DNA of 64,000 bases from Intoshia linei (lineage: Eukaryota; Animalia; Orthonectida). The stretch spans positions 1 through 64,000 of the forward strand of contig LWCA01000060.1 in NCBI GenBank assembly GCA_001642005.1, read 5' to 3'. This document shows positions 17,148 through 31,600 of this stretch, in pieces. Made by a program: the position numbers and the translations under genes. The notes under the pieces were generated by a model. The model made no database searches. It saw only the letters and a list, made by a program, of their open reading frames with translations, and was not told where the DNA came from. The number at the start of each line of letters is the position of its first letter. The first letter of the stretch is position 1.

Positions 17148-18960
17148 ATGACTACTATATTTGCTGGAATGGATGCTGAAATTTATCAAAAGTTGATGGA
17201 CTTGTCTGCAAAGGGTATGTATGTAAAATACAGTAATCTAACACATTTAGGAAATTTTGACGTAACTACTATAGGAGATAAACTATCTAATAGAATTATG
17301 GCCCTACCAAAAGCATTAGCATTGGAAATGTTAGATATGGCATCTCAAGAGATTGAAACTACAAACGTAGATAAAATTTCATTTTTAATGGGAGTTATTA
17401 TGGCTTTTGAAACAAAGCATAAAGATACAAAAGATGTCAAGTCTGACGCGGACTTGAAGGAAGAGACAAACGGCAATACTGAACAAATTGAAACAGAGTA
17501 TGATAAAATTGACTTTTCTAAAAGAGTAGGTTACGATGCTGACAGAATTCAGGTATTTAAATTAAATAAATGTGTGTAAACATGACATAGGCTTTCTTAA
17601 ACATTACTGGATATTCGCTTGAGATTACACCTGGCCAACGAAGATATGGACCACCCCCAGATTGGCAAGGTGAAGATCCACCTCAAAAAAACGAAGTAAT
17701 TTTTTGTTGATTCAGTGGATAATTTGTTTTAGATATTTTGTGGCGGGTTACCCAAAAATTACTACGAAGACGCACTTGTACCAGCATTTTCTAGATTCGG
17801 AAAAATTTTCGAATTGAGAGTCATGATGGACCCACAAAATAATGTTGGAAAAGGATTTTGTTTTGTGACATATTGCGAATCGGCTAATGCTGACAGGGTT
17901 ATAAAAGAGTTAAATAACAGTGAATTGATACCCGGGAAAAAGGTTAATGTCGATAGGCCGGATTGTAACACTCGACTGTTTTTGGGAAACATTCCCCGAA
18001 GTGTAACAAAAGAAAAAATTAAAGCTGATTTGTCATCTCAAGTTGAAGGCATTGATGACGTTTTAATTTATGCAGATGCAAAGGATCCCACAAAGAAAAA
18101 AAATCGTGGGTTTTGCTTTGTTGATTTTAAAACTCACAAATTGGCTACTGTTGCTAAGAGAAAACTTAGTTTTGGTGGGCTTACCCTTTGGAATTGCAGC
18201 GTTGTTGTGAATTGGGCTGATAAACAAGAAGAATACGAGGATAAAGAATGTGAAAAAGTTAAAGTAGCTTTTATCAAAAATATTGCCCCCGGGACAGAAA
18301 AAGAAGACATTGAATCAGTGTTTGGTGTTTATGGTAAAATTGAAAATATTCGATTTACTAAAGATTATTGTTTTGTTCATTTCGAAGATCGAAGCGAAAT
18401 GATGAAGGCCATCGAAAATTTAAATGGAAAGGTTGTTGTAATTTAAAATGCATATAATCAAATTTTAGACCATTAAGGAAAGTGTAGTGGAGGTTACTGT
18501 TGCCAACCCTTATAACGCTGAAAAGGCTAAACAAAAGTAAATATAATGTTTTTTGTTTTTAAATACAAAATTTTAGACGAATGTCTCGAGAAAAGGAAAT
18601 TCGAAATGCAAACGGTAGATTTGAAAATTATGACTACAATTATAGTAACCAATACGACAATAATCATTCAGCATACGATTTCCATCGTCAAGACTACTCC
18701 ATGGATTCAGTAATATATTTTTAAAACATAATCAACCTCTTTAGTATTCCAGACCACAAAGACCTTCATTTGGTCGTGGTGTAATGGGACATGCAAGACA
18801 AAGAGCACCGGCTCCACACTATAATAGAAGAACAAGTGGAGGTCCTCCTCTTTTGAGAGGTTACCAAGGTTCTACACCAAATAAACGTAGAATGACGATG
18901 AACCCTCAACAGTATAACCCCGGTAGTTATAACAATTGGAATAATGATGCGCAATACTAA
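17148..18960 (+). CDS. SYNCRIP: hnRNP Q/R (SYNCRIP family) RNA-binding protein with 3 RRMs
   Basis: TPGQRRYGPPP, EIFCGGLP, LRVMMDP, RLFLGNIP, KKKNRGFCF, VNWAD, KVKVAFIKN, KDYCFVHFEDR; Tyr/Gly/Asn-rich tail; stop at 18958-18960. Confidence 0.92.
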
Positions 18961-19703
18961 ATTGCATTTTTTGAGATTTTTTATGTAAATTTTATTTTAT
19001 TTCGTAGAATCCAAAAAATAAACGTTAATTTTAATTTTTAAAACAATTTTTAGTTTTTCATATCCTCAAATTTTTTGTTAATGAGACCAGAACCATTAAT
19101 GCGCTAGTTTAGATATAGCTTTAGGAATCATCGATTTCTGAATGGATTGTGCTTGCCATATGGTAATTTCATACAATATGACAGTACTTTGCCATAAAAT
19201 TTTTCAATCCCATTCATTTTCTTTTCCTGTTGTTTTCTATTTCTTTTTAAATAAATTTTTATTTTCAGTCATTTCTTTTTATATTATCAAAATTCTGGAT
19301 ACTTTTTTGCTGTAATTTGTATTATTTTGGTAATTTTATTAAATTTATACTACAAAAATTTTATATAAATCTTTGTCCTGGCAATATTTAATCAATATTT
19401 GCTTAATTTTATCATAGAGTGGTCAAGATTCAAGGCAAGGTGGAAAAATGAATTAATTGTCATTCTAAATAAAATATTATTTATCAATTCAGTTTGTAAA
19501 TTGAATATTGGGTAGAGTTCGATGTTAATCGATTTATTGTAACGGGTATAACCCAACCAATTATTTTTCGGTGTTCCACAGGTTTAACGAAAAATTATAA
19601 AATATCCTTAGAAATTAATAAAATCTTTAATTAATTGAATATATACTATTATGTAAATTTTGACTGTCGTTATCTACCGGTCTTATGGAAATGATCCGAT
19701 GAT

Positions 19704-20210
19704 CAGGCATTTTTAACTTTTTTTAGCTGTGGACCTCTAAAATAATATTAATAAAAACCAGTGGAGCCCAAAAATTTTTATAATAATCATAATTTTTAAT
19801 GAATCATTACATTTGGAGAACGAATTATGGTCAAGACATGGAGTACTCTATTGTTTCAAGATGATTAACCTTTAACCCGTCAATGTTCCCATAATGGAAC
19901 ATGTTTTTTAGGTATTGTTTACATTATTTTATTAGATGAATAAAAAGTCTATTATTTATCATTCCTGTAAAATATTAATTTTTTATCCCTTGGTTGATGT
20001 TTCATAGAATATTGACTGATTTTTTGTTTCATTTGAAATTTAAAGCTTTTTTTATGATTAGAAACTTGGCTTGGGGTCATATATTATAATTAAATAAAAT
20101 TGATGCTCCTCAAAATAGAACAATGTAGGTTTCCCAATAAGTTTTTACAAATGTAAGTAATTTAATATCAAAGAATTTACTTTTGTGCGTTTTATATTAG
20201 TATTTCTAAG
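19704..20210. mobile_element. Partial hAT MITE, inverted copy of 9032-9723
   Basis: Starts CAGGCATTTTTAAC; reverse complement matches 9200-9723. Confidence 0.75.
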
Positions 20211-21226
20211 CTTTTTTATAAGTTATGAGATTCGATGTCTATTGGTATATTACCATAAAAGTTGGAAACAATCTAATGTAGACTAGCTTGCCTATTATTT
20301 ACTAAAAATTTTAGAAAATGAAAAACAAAAAGAATCAATTTATGAGTCTTTCATCCATATATTTATTGGAAATGTGTTCAATGCAAATTTTTTTAGAAAT
20401 TTTTAAATGGACCTTCAGATTTTTTTGACCGTGAACGTGTGACTTTGTTAAATTGAAATATTTTGTGTTTTAACTGCATATAGTTGTATCAACTAATTTT
20501 TTTAAAATTCTAGGACTATTTTCATTTTATAAAAAAGGGTAATCTGTGGTTTTGAGCATGAGCGTTTATGATAATGTTAATGATTTTTTCAACGCGTTCC
20601 AGAATTTATGATTTATAAAAATTTCGGGTTGATTTATTTTTAAAAAAAAGGGTAAATTGTGGTTTTAACCATTAATGTCTCAAATTTAGAAAATAAAAAA
20701 TAGTATCAACAATGTTGATTCAACATCCCCAACCAAAAACTTAATTAGAAAATGGATTAACTAAATTCTACGACTGTCAATTTTTTAATTATATTGTTAC
20801 ATTCTATTTTATACAAGTACAGGATTACGTTATTTTACACCGAGAATGCAATGATTCGTGAAATTTAAATTATAGATCAAAAACGAACACGCTTTATCAA
20901 CATAATTTTTTTAAATTTCCTATGTTGGTATGTATAGATTTTAATAATATTTTCAATTATCTTTCAAAGAATTTTAGTAACTTCAAAAATAAGAAATTGA
21001 ATATGAAACACAAAAGTCTATCAACAAAACTCGGTTCAGCGTTACCTCCCTAACATTGTGAAATCGTTTTTTGACTTTTGCCTGCCAATAACGTTTCATA
21101 TATATTTTTAATATTTTATTTAGTGTAGTTATCAATACTTTGCAAAATCTTGTAAATGCAACATTAAAGATAAAAAATAGATATAAGTTTATAAAATGTT
21201 ACATGATTAATTACATACATTTCAAA

Positions 21227-22564
21227 TCATAATTTCATGACAAAAATAGTTTCAGACGGATAAAATTCTGCTTCAAATAAAGTTTTATCAAGGATTGTAG
21301 TTAAATCACGTTTTGGTAAATTCGCACAAATTGAAAAGTCTGTAGAATTGTATCCAATTTCATTAAGGTACATAACAATAGCCTAATAAATATAATAAAT
21401 AACTAAAAAAAATCTCCTTACTTCGATTCTAGAATCTGAAGGAACATTAAGTATTTCAGTTTTTCTATTGGGAAAACGGATAGATATTTTTGATTGTTCT
21501 AATTGAATAATAAATCCAATTAAAATTAAAATACCTTTATTAACCCCAAGTAAATTACGCCAAGATTGTACAACAGGTTTAGAATCACCGGAACAAGCAC
21601 TCATAGAACTTTCAGCAATACTGGATGAATCACACGCATCAACATCATCATTTTTTTGAGATTTTAAGGATTCCTCAATAGCCATTCTTAATTGATCTGC
21701 TTCAGACAATTCACTTACGTCCCTCTGAAACCAAAATATAAAAATTAATAAAAAATAACCAATGATCCCAAAACATCAATATTACTGCTTCCATATTCTT
21801 TGCAATTGTACATGAACGAAATGCATTCATTGATAAACGATGCCTCAGATATATTTTCAAATTTATGAATTTGTTGGCCTGAAATAAATTATAAACGCCA
21901 CAAAACTAAACCTGTTCGCGGATCTATAAAAACAACAAATGGGTATTTATCTACACGGTATAGTCTAACAAATGCGGATGCTATATTACTGCCATATACC
22001 ACCTGCAAAGTAATGAAAAAATGAAATTTATACATACCTGCCAAAAAATGAAATTTTTTTTGACGAAATCATGAATAGCCCTATTTTTCCAGATATCTCT
22101 ATTTATTGTTTGGCAAACGAATTCGGCTGAATTGTAGATACTCACAAGTAACCATTTATTGGCTTTGAGAGCCAATTTTTTAGCCTAATATATATAAAAT
22201 ATTAAACCATTAAATTTATACTGATTCAAAGCTTCCTTGATATATAATATCTTTTGGAGGCTCAAACAATTTGCTAAAAACATCCGATTGACTGCTTTGG
22301 TTCCGATCTTGCGAAAAGTTTGAAGAAAGTTGGTTATTTAAAAATCTATCTGAATTTTGAAATGGTTCGTTTATTGGACCCTCGGTCATATCTCTGACAT
22401 GATCTATTCATGTTGTAAAATAAAAAATGGCTTACGATAAAATTCATCCGGATTAATCATTTTATCAGTAATGTGAGGTATGGGGCGTCGAATTTTATCC
22501 TCTTTATCATCGTCTCTTGACCTAAAAAGTTATACATTTCAAAAGAAAGCGCAACATTTTACAT
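21227..22564 (-). CDS. UBXN7: UBX domain protein 7 (UAS + UIM + UBX; p97 adaptor), multi-exon
   Basis: KIRRPIP, FEPPKDIIYQGSF, ANKWLLVSI...EFVCQTINRDIW...NFIFWQ, FIDPRTG, UIM SEADQLRMAIEESL, UBX ISIRFPN and FYPSETIFV; stop TGA at 21227-21229. Confidence 0.88.
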
Positions 22565-22644
22565 TTTTTTCAATTTTACGATACAAACAAGTAACTTTAT
22601 TTACAACTATGGATATTTTTACATTTAATGCAATACATGTACTA

Positions 22645-25600
22645 CTAACGTCTATTTATCATATTGTGTATTAACTTTTTTTTGTGACGATAACGCTTGA
22701 ATGCTAAATCCGCATTTTTATCAATTTGATTTAATGGTGGACAGTTTCTAAAAATGTTTGATCTTTTTCTTTTTAAAATAAGTTCAGAATCAGAGGGAAC
22801 AGGGTCAAATTCAACCTCAATATTGAAACAATCTTTTTTCCTATTATACAATTCTAAGCATTGACGTTTGATTCGAACGGGTGTATTTTTGTTTGATAAT
22901 GTGGTTTGGAGGGTTTCAGTTATTTCTATTTTTGTATACACAATTTCCGCATGAGTTTGTGCAATAGCAGTGCACAATTTTTCTCTTTTTTTCATCATAT
23001 AACACAAATTTCGTGCCTAAATCTTTATTATTTTGTTAAATTTAAATTACCTTTTCCAAATCACGTCGAAATGAAAATACTCTTTTTAATTGCTCCAAAA
23101 GAGATTTTTCTTCCATTTTTTTAACCTCGCTTTCATTCATTTGGGGAGCAATTAGTGGATTGCAATTTAACTAAATTGATCATAAATATTTTTAAAACTT
23201 AAATAATTATAGCCCATTCTCGAAGACTAAGGTCACCAACTTGGGATAGTGAATTGTATGATACAACCCTCAATGATTATCATTTTCTGGTTGTGCCGTT
23301 CCAAGGATCTAGATTCTAAGACAAGGGTGCACAACCTTTCCATCAATTTGCCGCACTAAGTTTAAATCAAATCAAATTTTGAATTTGAGGGCCGCATGCG
23401 GCCCGCGAGCCCCACCACTGATCTAGATATCCACATAGTGTTAAGATTTACATTTATATAACTACTTTTACCTGGTCAATAATATTAAACAACATACTAA
23501 TCAAAGTTAAAATTTTAAATAAACCGTTCGCTTTAATTTCCAATAACTAAATAATGGTTCAGAAATATCGTTGGCTACTTTAAACTGTTTCGATAAAACA
23601 TTTTCGTTCATATCCAAATAAAATTTGTTGTAAATTTTAAATTTTCTAAATAGTTTAATAAAATAAAAAAAATTTCAAGATACATAAATAAGCAGAAAAA
23701 TTGAATAAATAAAAAAATAATTTTGTATCAACAAAATAATATGGACAAGTTTCATTACGTGTAACCACTTTTATTTTATTTTGTCGGCGAAATAAGTAAT
23801 GTTAACAAGGAAATATTAATGTAATCATCAAACCACGATCACCAACCATTCAAATTGGATATTCGTGAAATTATCAAAGAAACATACACATTCACTAATC
23901 ACTAATTGATAATTACAATTTCAATATTTCGTAAAATGTAAAATAAATACAAAAGCAGATGTTTAAAATTTAAACATCAAGCTGAGTAGTGTGGAAGTAA
24001 AATTTTTTACTTTAATATAATTTCTGATACAACAATAAAGTAGTCCATAATTATAATCAAGGCTGCTAGTTTTTCTGGTACCAGAAATATATTTATCTTA
24101 TTGATAATTTTGATATGAAATATAAATAACATTTTTCCAGGGTCTGAAACAACACATTTCCCTCTTTTAATAAATATGGATCCAAGTAAACTATATTATA
24201 GTTCAAATCAGAAACTCCTATTCGAAAATGTTAAAATTGAAAATAACTTCTCTAAATTTGAACCTAATGGTTCAAAATTTAAAGCATCTTCTGCCTTGCG
24301 AATGATCAAACTGTTAACTTCTCTAATATATACAATAATTTAGAGAACCCACTCAATTAACCTAATATACATTCAGAGTGCAGTTAACTTCCAGATAATA
24401 TCGGTGAAGAATGAAAGATATACAAAGCTAAATAAAAGACTTGACTAGAAAAGATGGAGAAAATGAATGGTATGATGTTAAAGAACGTCAAAAAGATTTT
24501 CCTTTCATAAAGGATACAAAAATTATTTTTAATCGATCCAATATTACTATAGAATAATCGTTTAGACTTCTTTATACAAATGTTATTGCTGATATTATTG
24601 TGAACTCAAACATAAAAATTGAAGCGATTTCTAAAAATTTTAGCAAAAAAAGAGATGCAAAACCCACCAATAAAGTAGACATTGATGCTTTTATAGGTAT
24701 TCTCTTTATTGACAGAAGTTTAAGAGGATCACGAACAAATTTTAAAGATATTTTGTCAAATGATAGCTGCGGTATAGAAATTTTTAAAAATTAGAAATGT
24801 TCTGCATACACAAGATTCTTGTTCCTATCAAGATGTATTAGATTTGATAATATACACACTAGAGAAAAACGTAGAAAGTTTGATAAACTTGCTGCAATAA
24901 GAAAAGATTTTAAATATTTTGTTGAAAATTTCAGAAATGAAACCTGGAAAGAATGTCACCTTCAATGAAACAATGATAGCTTTCGGAAGCAGGTGTAACT
25001 TTAAAATGTACTTAGTAAAATTTACAATTTATTTAATGAACCCATAACTCATATATTCTTTACAAATTCACCAAAATTTCAAAGACAATTACAGTATAAA
25101 ATGCATTTGCTACAATATCTTACAAGTAACAAAAATAACAAACTTTTAATAAAAATCATATTTTTTAGGTTCAAAAAATAATCTAAATACTTTAATTCAA
25201 TCATCTCCTATAATTCAAAACGATATACTACATTGTATCAGAAAAATACCCAAAAAAAAGGAATTGTGCCCTTCGCATGACCAAAAATATCCGCAAGAAT
25301 ACATATTAACATTAACATAATTATAGGATCAAAAAACATGAAACAACATGTAATAGACATAGAATCCGCCCTATCTCGTATAAAAAAATCCGGACTCACA
25401 ATTAACCCTGAAAAATGCCATATTGGAGTAAAATCCATAAAGCTACTTGGAAAATCATATCAAGAGATGGTATAAAACAAGACCCATCTAAAATCACCAC
25501 AATAACTCAAATGCCACCTCCAAATAACAGAAAAGTCGTACAACGATTTTTAGGAGTCATGAACTATCACAGAGACTGCATAAAAAACTTCTCCAAAATT

Positions 25601-28600
25601 ACAACTCCTATCACAACACTATTAAAAAAACGAACACCTTTTCATTGGAGTCAGGAATGCCAACAATCGTACGTCGTCACAGTACAGCAATAACCTGGGC
25701 ATCACAACACTTCAAACGCTATCTACTTGGTAAACATTACCCAGTGTACACGGATCATAAACCCCTTATCTATATAATGAATTCAAAAAATCTCACAAAG
25801 AGACATTTCAAATATACTCAAATCCTCCAAGACTATGATATCACAACTAAATATAACCGCCGACATGTTGTCTAGGATTCCTCAAATGAACCATATCTAC
25901 TCATCTAATGATATATTTAATCTTAAACAAGCACAAAACGACGACAAAGACTGCAAAAAAATTTATAAAAAAATAAATAAACCAGATACAATCACTCCAG
26001 TCAACACATTATTGCCATACATCAAACAATTAATAATTAAAGATGACAGAATATATTATAAACAACCTAATACATTACGAACCATAGTATCCCAAAGCAA
26101 AACTACAGAAATAATAAAATTCTTCCACAATGAGAAAATTTACAACCACCCAGGTATATACAAAACTCTAGAAAATATTAAAAATATTATTTTTAGACAA
26201 AAATGTCAAATCAGTACTGGTGCAGTAGAAAGACTCAATAGAACTCTGAGAGACAAAATCAGAACTAACTGCAATGAAGACAACGATAATTGGGACGAAT
26301 TTTTACCCCTATTTTTATTATCAATCCGAAATTCTATTTCTCATAAAACAGGATATAGTCCATCTCAAATATTATACAATAAATCACTAACCATGCCTAT
26401 CCACAATGTACAAAACAAACAAAAAATATTAATATACAACATAACAAAAACAAATATGAAAAAAAATTATGATCACCTTGCCCTTAAAAAACAAAATGAT
26501 CATGCTGCACAATTTACACCAAATTTCCCACGCCTAACAAAAAATTAAACTACCTATAAACGTAAATAAAGCAAACAAATTAACAAACCCTCACATTTTC
26601 ATCAGTATAATTTGTCTTAGGTGGGGTCCAGTAATGATTAAATCATCACAATAAACTTACTACAACATATAATAACCTTATTAACGAATCAAGACAATAT
26701 CAATTTAATTGTAACCCGTAATTAATATTAAACTTTAAACAAAGACCTTGGTCTACGACATCACTACAAAAACTGTTTCCAATTGTTTTATAAAAACAAA
26801 ACTATTCTTAAATTACACTACAAATTCTAGCGATGATTTATATGAAAATACTATACCTGAAGAAGAAATAATTTTAGCTCAATATTTAGATGAACTAAGC
26901 TCGTACAATTACGACGTTATTGATATATCTGGTTTAAAAGAATTTGAAAAAATCAATGATACTAACTTGAAAGATGAAATGAAAGAATTTTTAATAGAAA
27001 ACAGTAACGAAGAGTAAAATATAGATAATACCGAATTTTCAGAAGAAATAACTTATTCACAATATTCAAAGTATTTAATTTTACTTGAAGAAATTAAAAT
27101 TTGTCCTAATGCTGTAAATGATATTTATTCTATTGAAACAAAGATTCACATTCAAATCGCTAATAAAAAAAAACAAACTAAAATATGGGAATATTTTAGC
27201 AAGATAGAAAAATAATATAAATTAATTAGATATTGTAATATAATAAAGATTTAAACAGTTCATTAATTTCGATTAAACTTTAATATTTTATTTAATATCA
27301 TATAAGGCTTTTTTTTACAAATTAAAATTAAATGAATTTTTCAAATTTGACATTGTATCCCATATATACAACTTTATAGTCTTTCATTCAACCAATAATA
27401 ACAAAAAAATTAATTCCGTTAAGTAAAGTGTTAATATAGAAAAAATTCCACTATAACAGAATTGATCAATTTTGAAAAATCAAAAATTCCGTTAGTATAG
27501 ACTTAGACTGTATATACAAGTGCATTGTTTTTATCATTAGAGTGATCAATGCTAAGTTCAAAAGGGTCAACTATTTAGCCAATTAAATATACAATTTAGT
27601 ATTAATTTAAATTTAGCCTCATGTACAATAGAAGCAATGACCACCGAGAAGAGGTGTTCTGATTGTGTCCCAATTCTTAAAGACCGTTATTCACAACTCC
27701 CAGTTGTGGAAGCTTTTATTATGTTGATTATACAACGTCAAGTCTATTAAAACTTATGATCTTTGACACGATAGGTTGATAATATTTATGTATTTCTATA
27801 TTTTGTATATTTAGATTTTTGATGTATTTAACCAAGTTTTAAATGAAAGAAAACTTTGAAAATATTTCACAACTCTCCATGACACTTATGCCGTGTCCAC
27901 AATGTAGCAGTTTTCTTAATAAATTCTACTCGACGTTCAAAGGCTGACCTTTATTTAACACACTACCTGTATTAGAAAACTTCATTAAATCTTTGGAAAA
28001 AGAAAGAGTGCCAAAAAAAATCATGTACATTAAGTAATATCGAAACAAATTCATTGCAACACTTCTAAATATTAATAATCCATCCAAATACACGGGCATT
28101 GCTTTCGACGGTATTATACTATTATATATCTATATCGGCGGATAATACTAAGGCAAAATTTGGTGGAAAAACCAAGCTGAAGATAACAATGTCTTATATA
28201 GACTAAACAATTTCGTTGGTTTCAATATAATCGCCACCGGATGCAATGCACATATTTTAAATAATGCTATAAAGAATGCTCTGAAATGATACCTGTCGAC
28301 TTAAAAACAATTATTATAAAAATTTATTTTTATTTTCATGGCTACACCTCCAAAACCACCACATTAAAAAAGATATGCACTAACATTGGAATAGAATACA
28401 AAACGTTATTAGGATATAGTTCAACTAGATGGATAGAGCTAGTTCCTTATATTGATCGTATATTATACATGTCCAAACCATTAAAAAAATATTTTGATGT
28501 AAATAATACTTCCACAAAACTAAAAAATTTTTTAACAATAAATATTCATTGTTTTGGATAATATTTTTAAACAACACGGCAGATATAATACAGAAATCAC

Positions 28601-31600
28601 GTATGAAAGTTGAGGGAGATGAGGTTTTTTATTTATTATTTTTATATTAGCAAAGCAAGCACAACTAACGAAAAAATCTCAAATACTAACAAAGAATGAA
28701 ATATTTCAGTTCATAGACGAAGCCCTTCCGATCCAGCTACTTTCGTTAGAAAATCTATAACTATTATTGGGAAATATTGTTATTCCAAATTTTTTACTAT
28801 TATTAATTTAGGCATTACAGTGCATTACAATGTGCTGAGCTAGTTAGTTTAGCTGCAAGTGACGTCGTTATTCATAATGATGAGATAGAACATCAATCCT
28901 TTTTATATTACAATCCTTTGCAATAATGGTAAAATTCGACTAAACTATTTATAAAGTGAAGATCCAATTAATTATTGATACACAATTGGTATTTTTAAGT
29001 ATTTATTAATTTGTACTGAATATATGTCATCACTAGACCCATTCATAGAGCATAATGACTAGGTTACGCAAGATTTTGATTATGCTCTTAAAGAAGTTTG
29101 CATCATTGTTCCCAGTAACCCTGGGGTTCCGTGAAATATAAATGGTATATTTTTGAAATTTATTTATTTTGAAAAACTTTAAATTGAAAAGTTTCTAAAT
29201 TAATACAACCAAAAATCATATTTTGATATGCTTTTTTAATTAAGATAAATACGATCGGTCAACTTAATTAAAATACTTTTTGTGTTTATTTTAAATTATC
29301 TTTTTTAAAATTTAAAAATATTTATTCTATTCCAGTTTGTCTGATTTCCTATAATTTAATTCTGCATTTTAATATATTCAGTACTTATTTTGATCAAAAC
29401 AAGTCATAAAATGGATTAATGTTATATTAGTGGTTGTTATCGTTAGGTATTATAGGAAAGATCCAAATTATAATCTTACTTGCATTAACAGCAATTAAGT
29501 ATAAGAAACGGGCAAAGCTGCTGTCGGCAGAAGAACTTCGTGTATGTCTCTCAAAAACACATCCAAGAATTAAAAACCTCGGTAAAAAATATCAGGTCCA
29601 AATTTCTCATTGAGAAGAAAAAATAAATTTCTTTATTAAAAAATTTATGTTTTCAATATTAGACTCGTAATTTTTTAATTAAAAATTGAATTGCTTTATA
29701 TATGCGACATGCAAAAAACATTTTTTGATCATGCTTTTAGGTGCCGCGATTTTTTGAAATTTCATAAGGGTTCCGCGGAATAAAAAAAGTTGAGAAACAC
29801 TGTATATGAGAAACATATGAAGGAAATTATTTTTTAGAAATAAATTGATATGTTGTCTATTTTTTGTTTAAAGTTCTTTCTTTCGGATACAAGCAGAAAC
29901 TGCTTATATTCAAATTTTATTTAGTTAAAAATTTCACTAAAAATTTGTATTTCAGGGGTCTGCTAATAATCGATAAAAGACAGTAGTCATAAATAGTTTC
30001 TTATTTGAAAAGAGAAGAATTTAATTTATCGACTAAAATGTAATTCTTAAATAAAAAAGTGACATTTCATCAATGAATGAAAAATATCACCCCTCACAAA
30101 GAAGTTGGGTTATTGAAACAAAATTATAATTGCATAATTACACAATGTTCCCAGTTATTGCGTAAAATGTTTTATTTATACATTGAATCATCGATTTGTC
30201 TATAAAAAATACAATTTTGAATTCTCTTGAACTAATTGAACCAAAAAAATTTCAGTGGTTTCATTTATATCAACCATCTGGGCAACAAAATTTTAAAAAT
30301 CAAAGTTGGAGCGTCTTTTGTACCAAAATAAAATTGAAATAATTTGTAAATAATAAAAAAATTACTTTTGTTCTTGAATGAGTTTCATTTCAGAAAATGA
30401 AAACTTTTCATTGGCATTTTGATTTTTTTTCCGATAAATGATGGAGTGTTTAACACAAAAAATCTCAAGAGATGTTGTTTCGTGAATGTTAGACATGTAA
30501 CAATTACATGAAACGGCACATGGTATGTGAAATTTAGTACGACAGTGAGAATGAGAACAGGTTACGCATTCACCTTTTTTTGAACCACAAATCACACATG
30601 GGATAGTAGCAACTTTATTACAAATTGATTTTAAATTTAAAAGAGATTCAACTCGTTCAGTGTTTCCTATACCGATATCGGGTGTCCATAATGCGCATAT
30701 TACATGCGCCCATATGTTTGATTTACGATTAGATTTAAAGGCGTATTTAAATTTTAACTGTTCATTAGTGTGATTGCAAATTACGCATGTAGGTTTGAGT
30801 CCATAAGTACATGGTTTACAGAGCCAATTTCCTTTAGGTATTTGAGATATTCCATAACAATATTGATGAACACACATGTCGCATAGGTCACAGAAAACAA
30901 TTTCATTGACATCATTTGAATATGGAGAAAGACACACTGAACAAACTACATCAATATCATATTCAATTCCAAGTTCTTTGATATTTTTGATACGTTCTGT
31001 AATTTTTGAGTGACATTCGTCTTCCAATTTTTCCATCATTTTTTCAAAAAAATCTATGGATATTTTTTTAGGTAAATGCAAATTAAATTCCTTTAACCAG
31101 ACATTATCGTGTTCATCGCAATTGTATCGACTGGATTTTGATTTTGGTATTTTTACTAATGTGTATTTGTTTTGTTCGGATAAAAGATTTTCATTGGTAG
31201 TTATGTAGTGTTTAGGTAAAGATAGTCGTCTTTTAGATGACATTTCGTTTTTATTTCTATAATAACAATTAAAATTTATTATTGATATGAATATAAATAT
31301 TACAAATATCAATGAAACTAGGTTCCAGGTTAAGTAAAAAATAAAATATACCCAATTTTGACATCAGGATGCTTACAATACCCAGTTGGTACTTGGACAC
31401 CTTTAATTTGCCATTCCACCTTCCATACGTCTCCAATTGCGAAATATTCTTCTTCGTTCAAGTTGACTCGGTCCGGTAGTGTCATTTGTGAAATGTAAGA
31501 TTTCTCATACAACTCGGCTGTTTTTCTCATAACACTGGGAGGACAATCATTGCGTTTCTTTTTTTCAGGTACTTTTTCCTCAAAATTTGTGATTTTCACC

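Noticed and set aside
22645-23007. ORF as UBXN7 N-terminus or a separate gene
   Set aside because: Encodes ARNLCYMMKKREKL, the JADE C-terminal motif; it is the last JADE exon.
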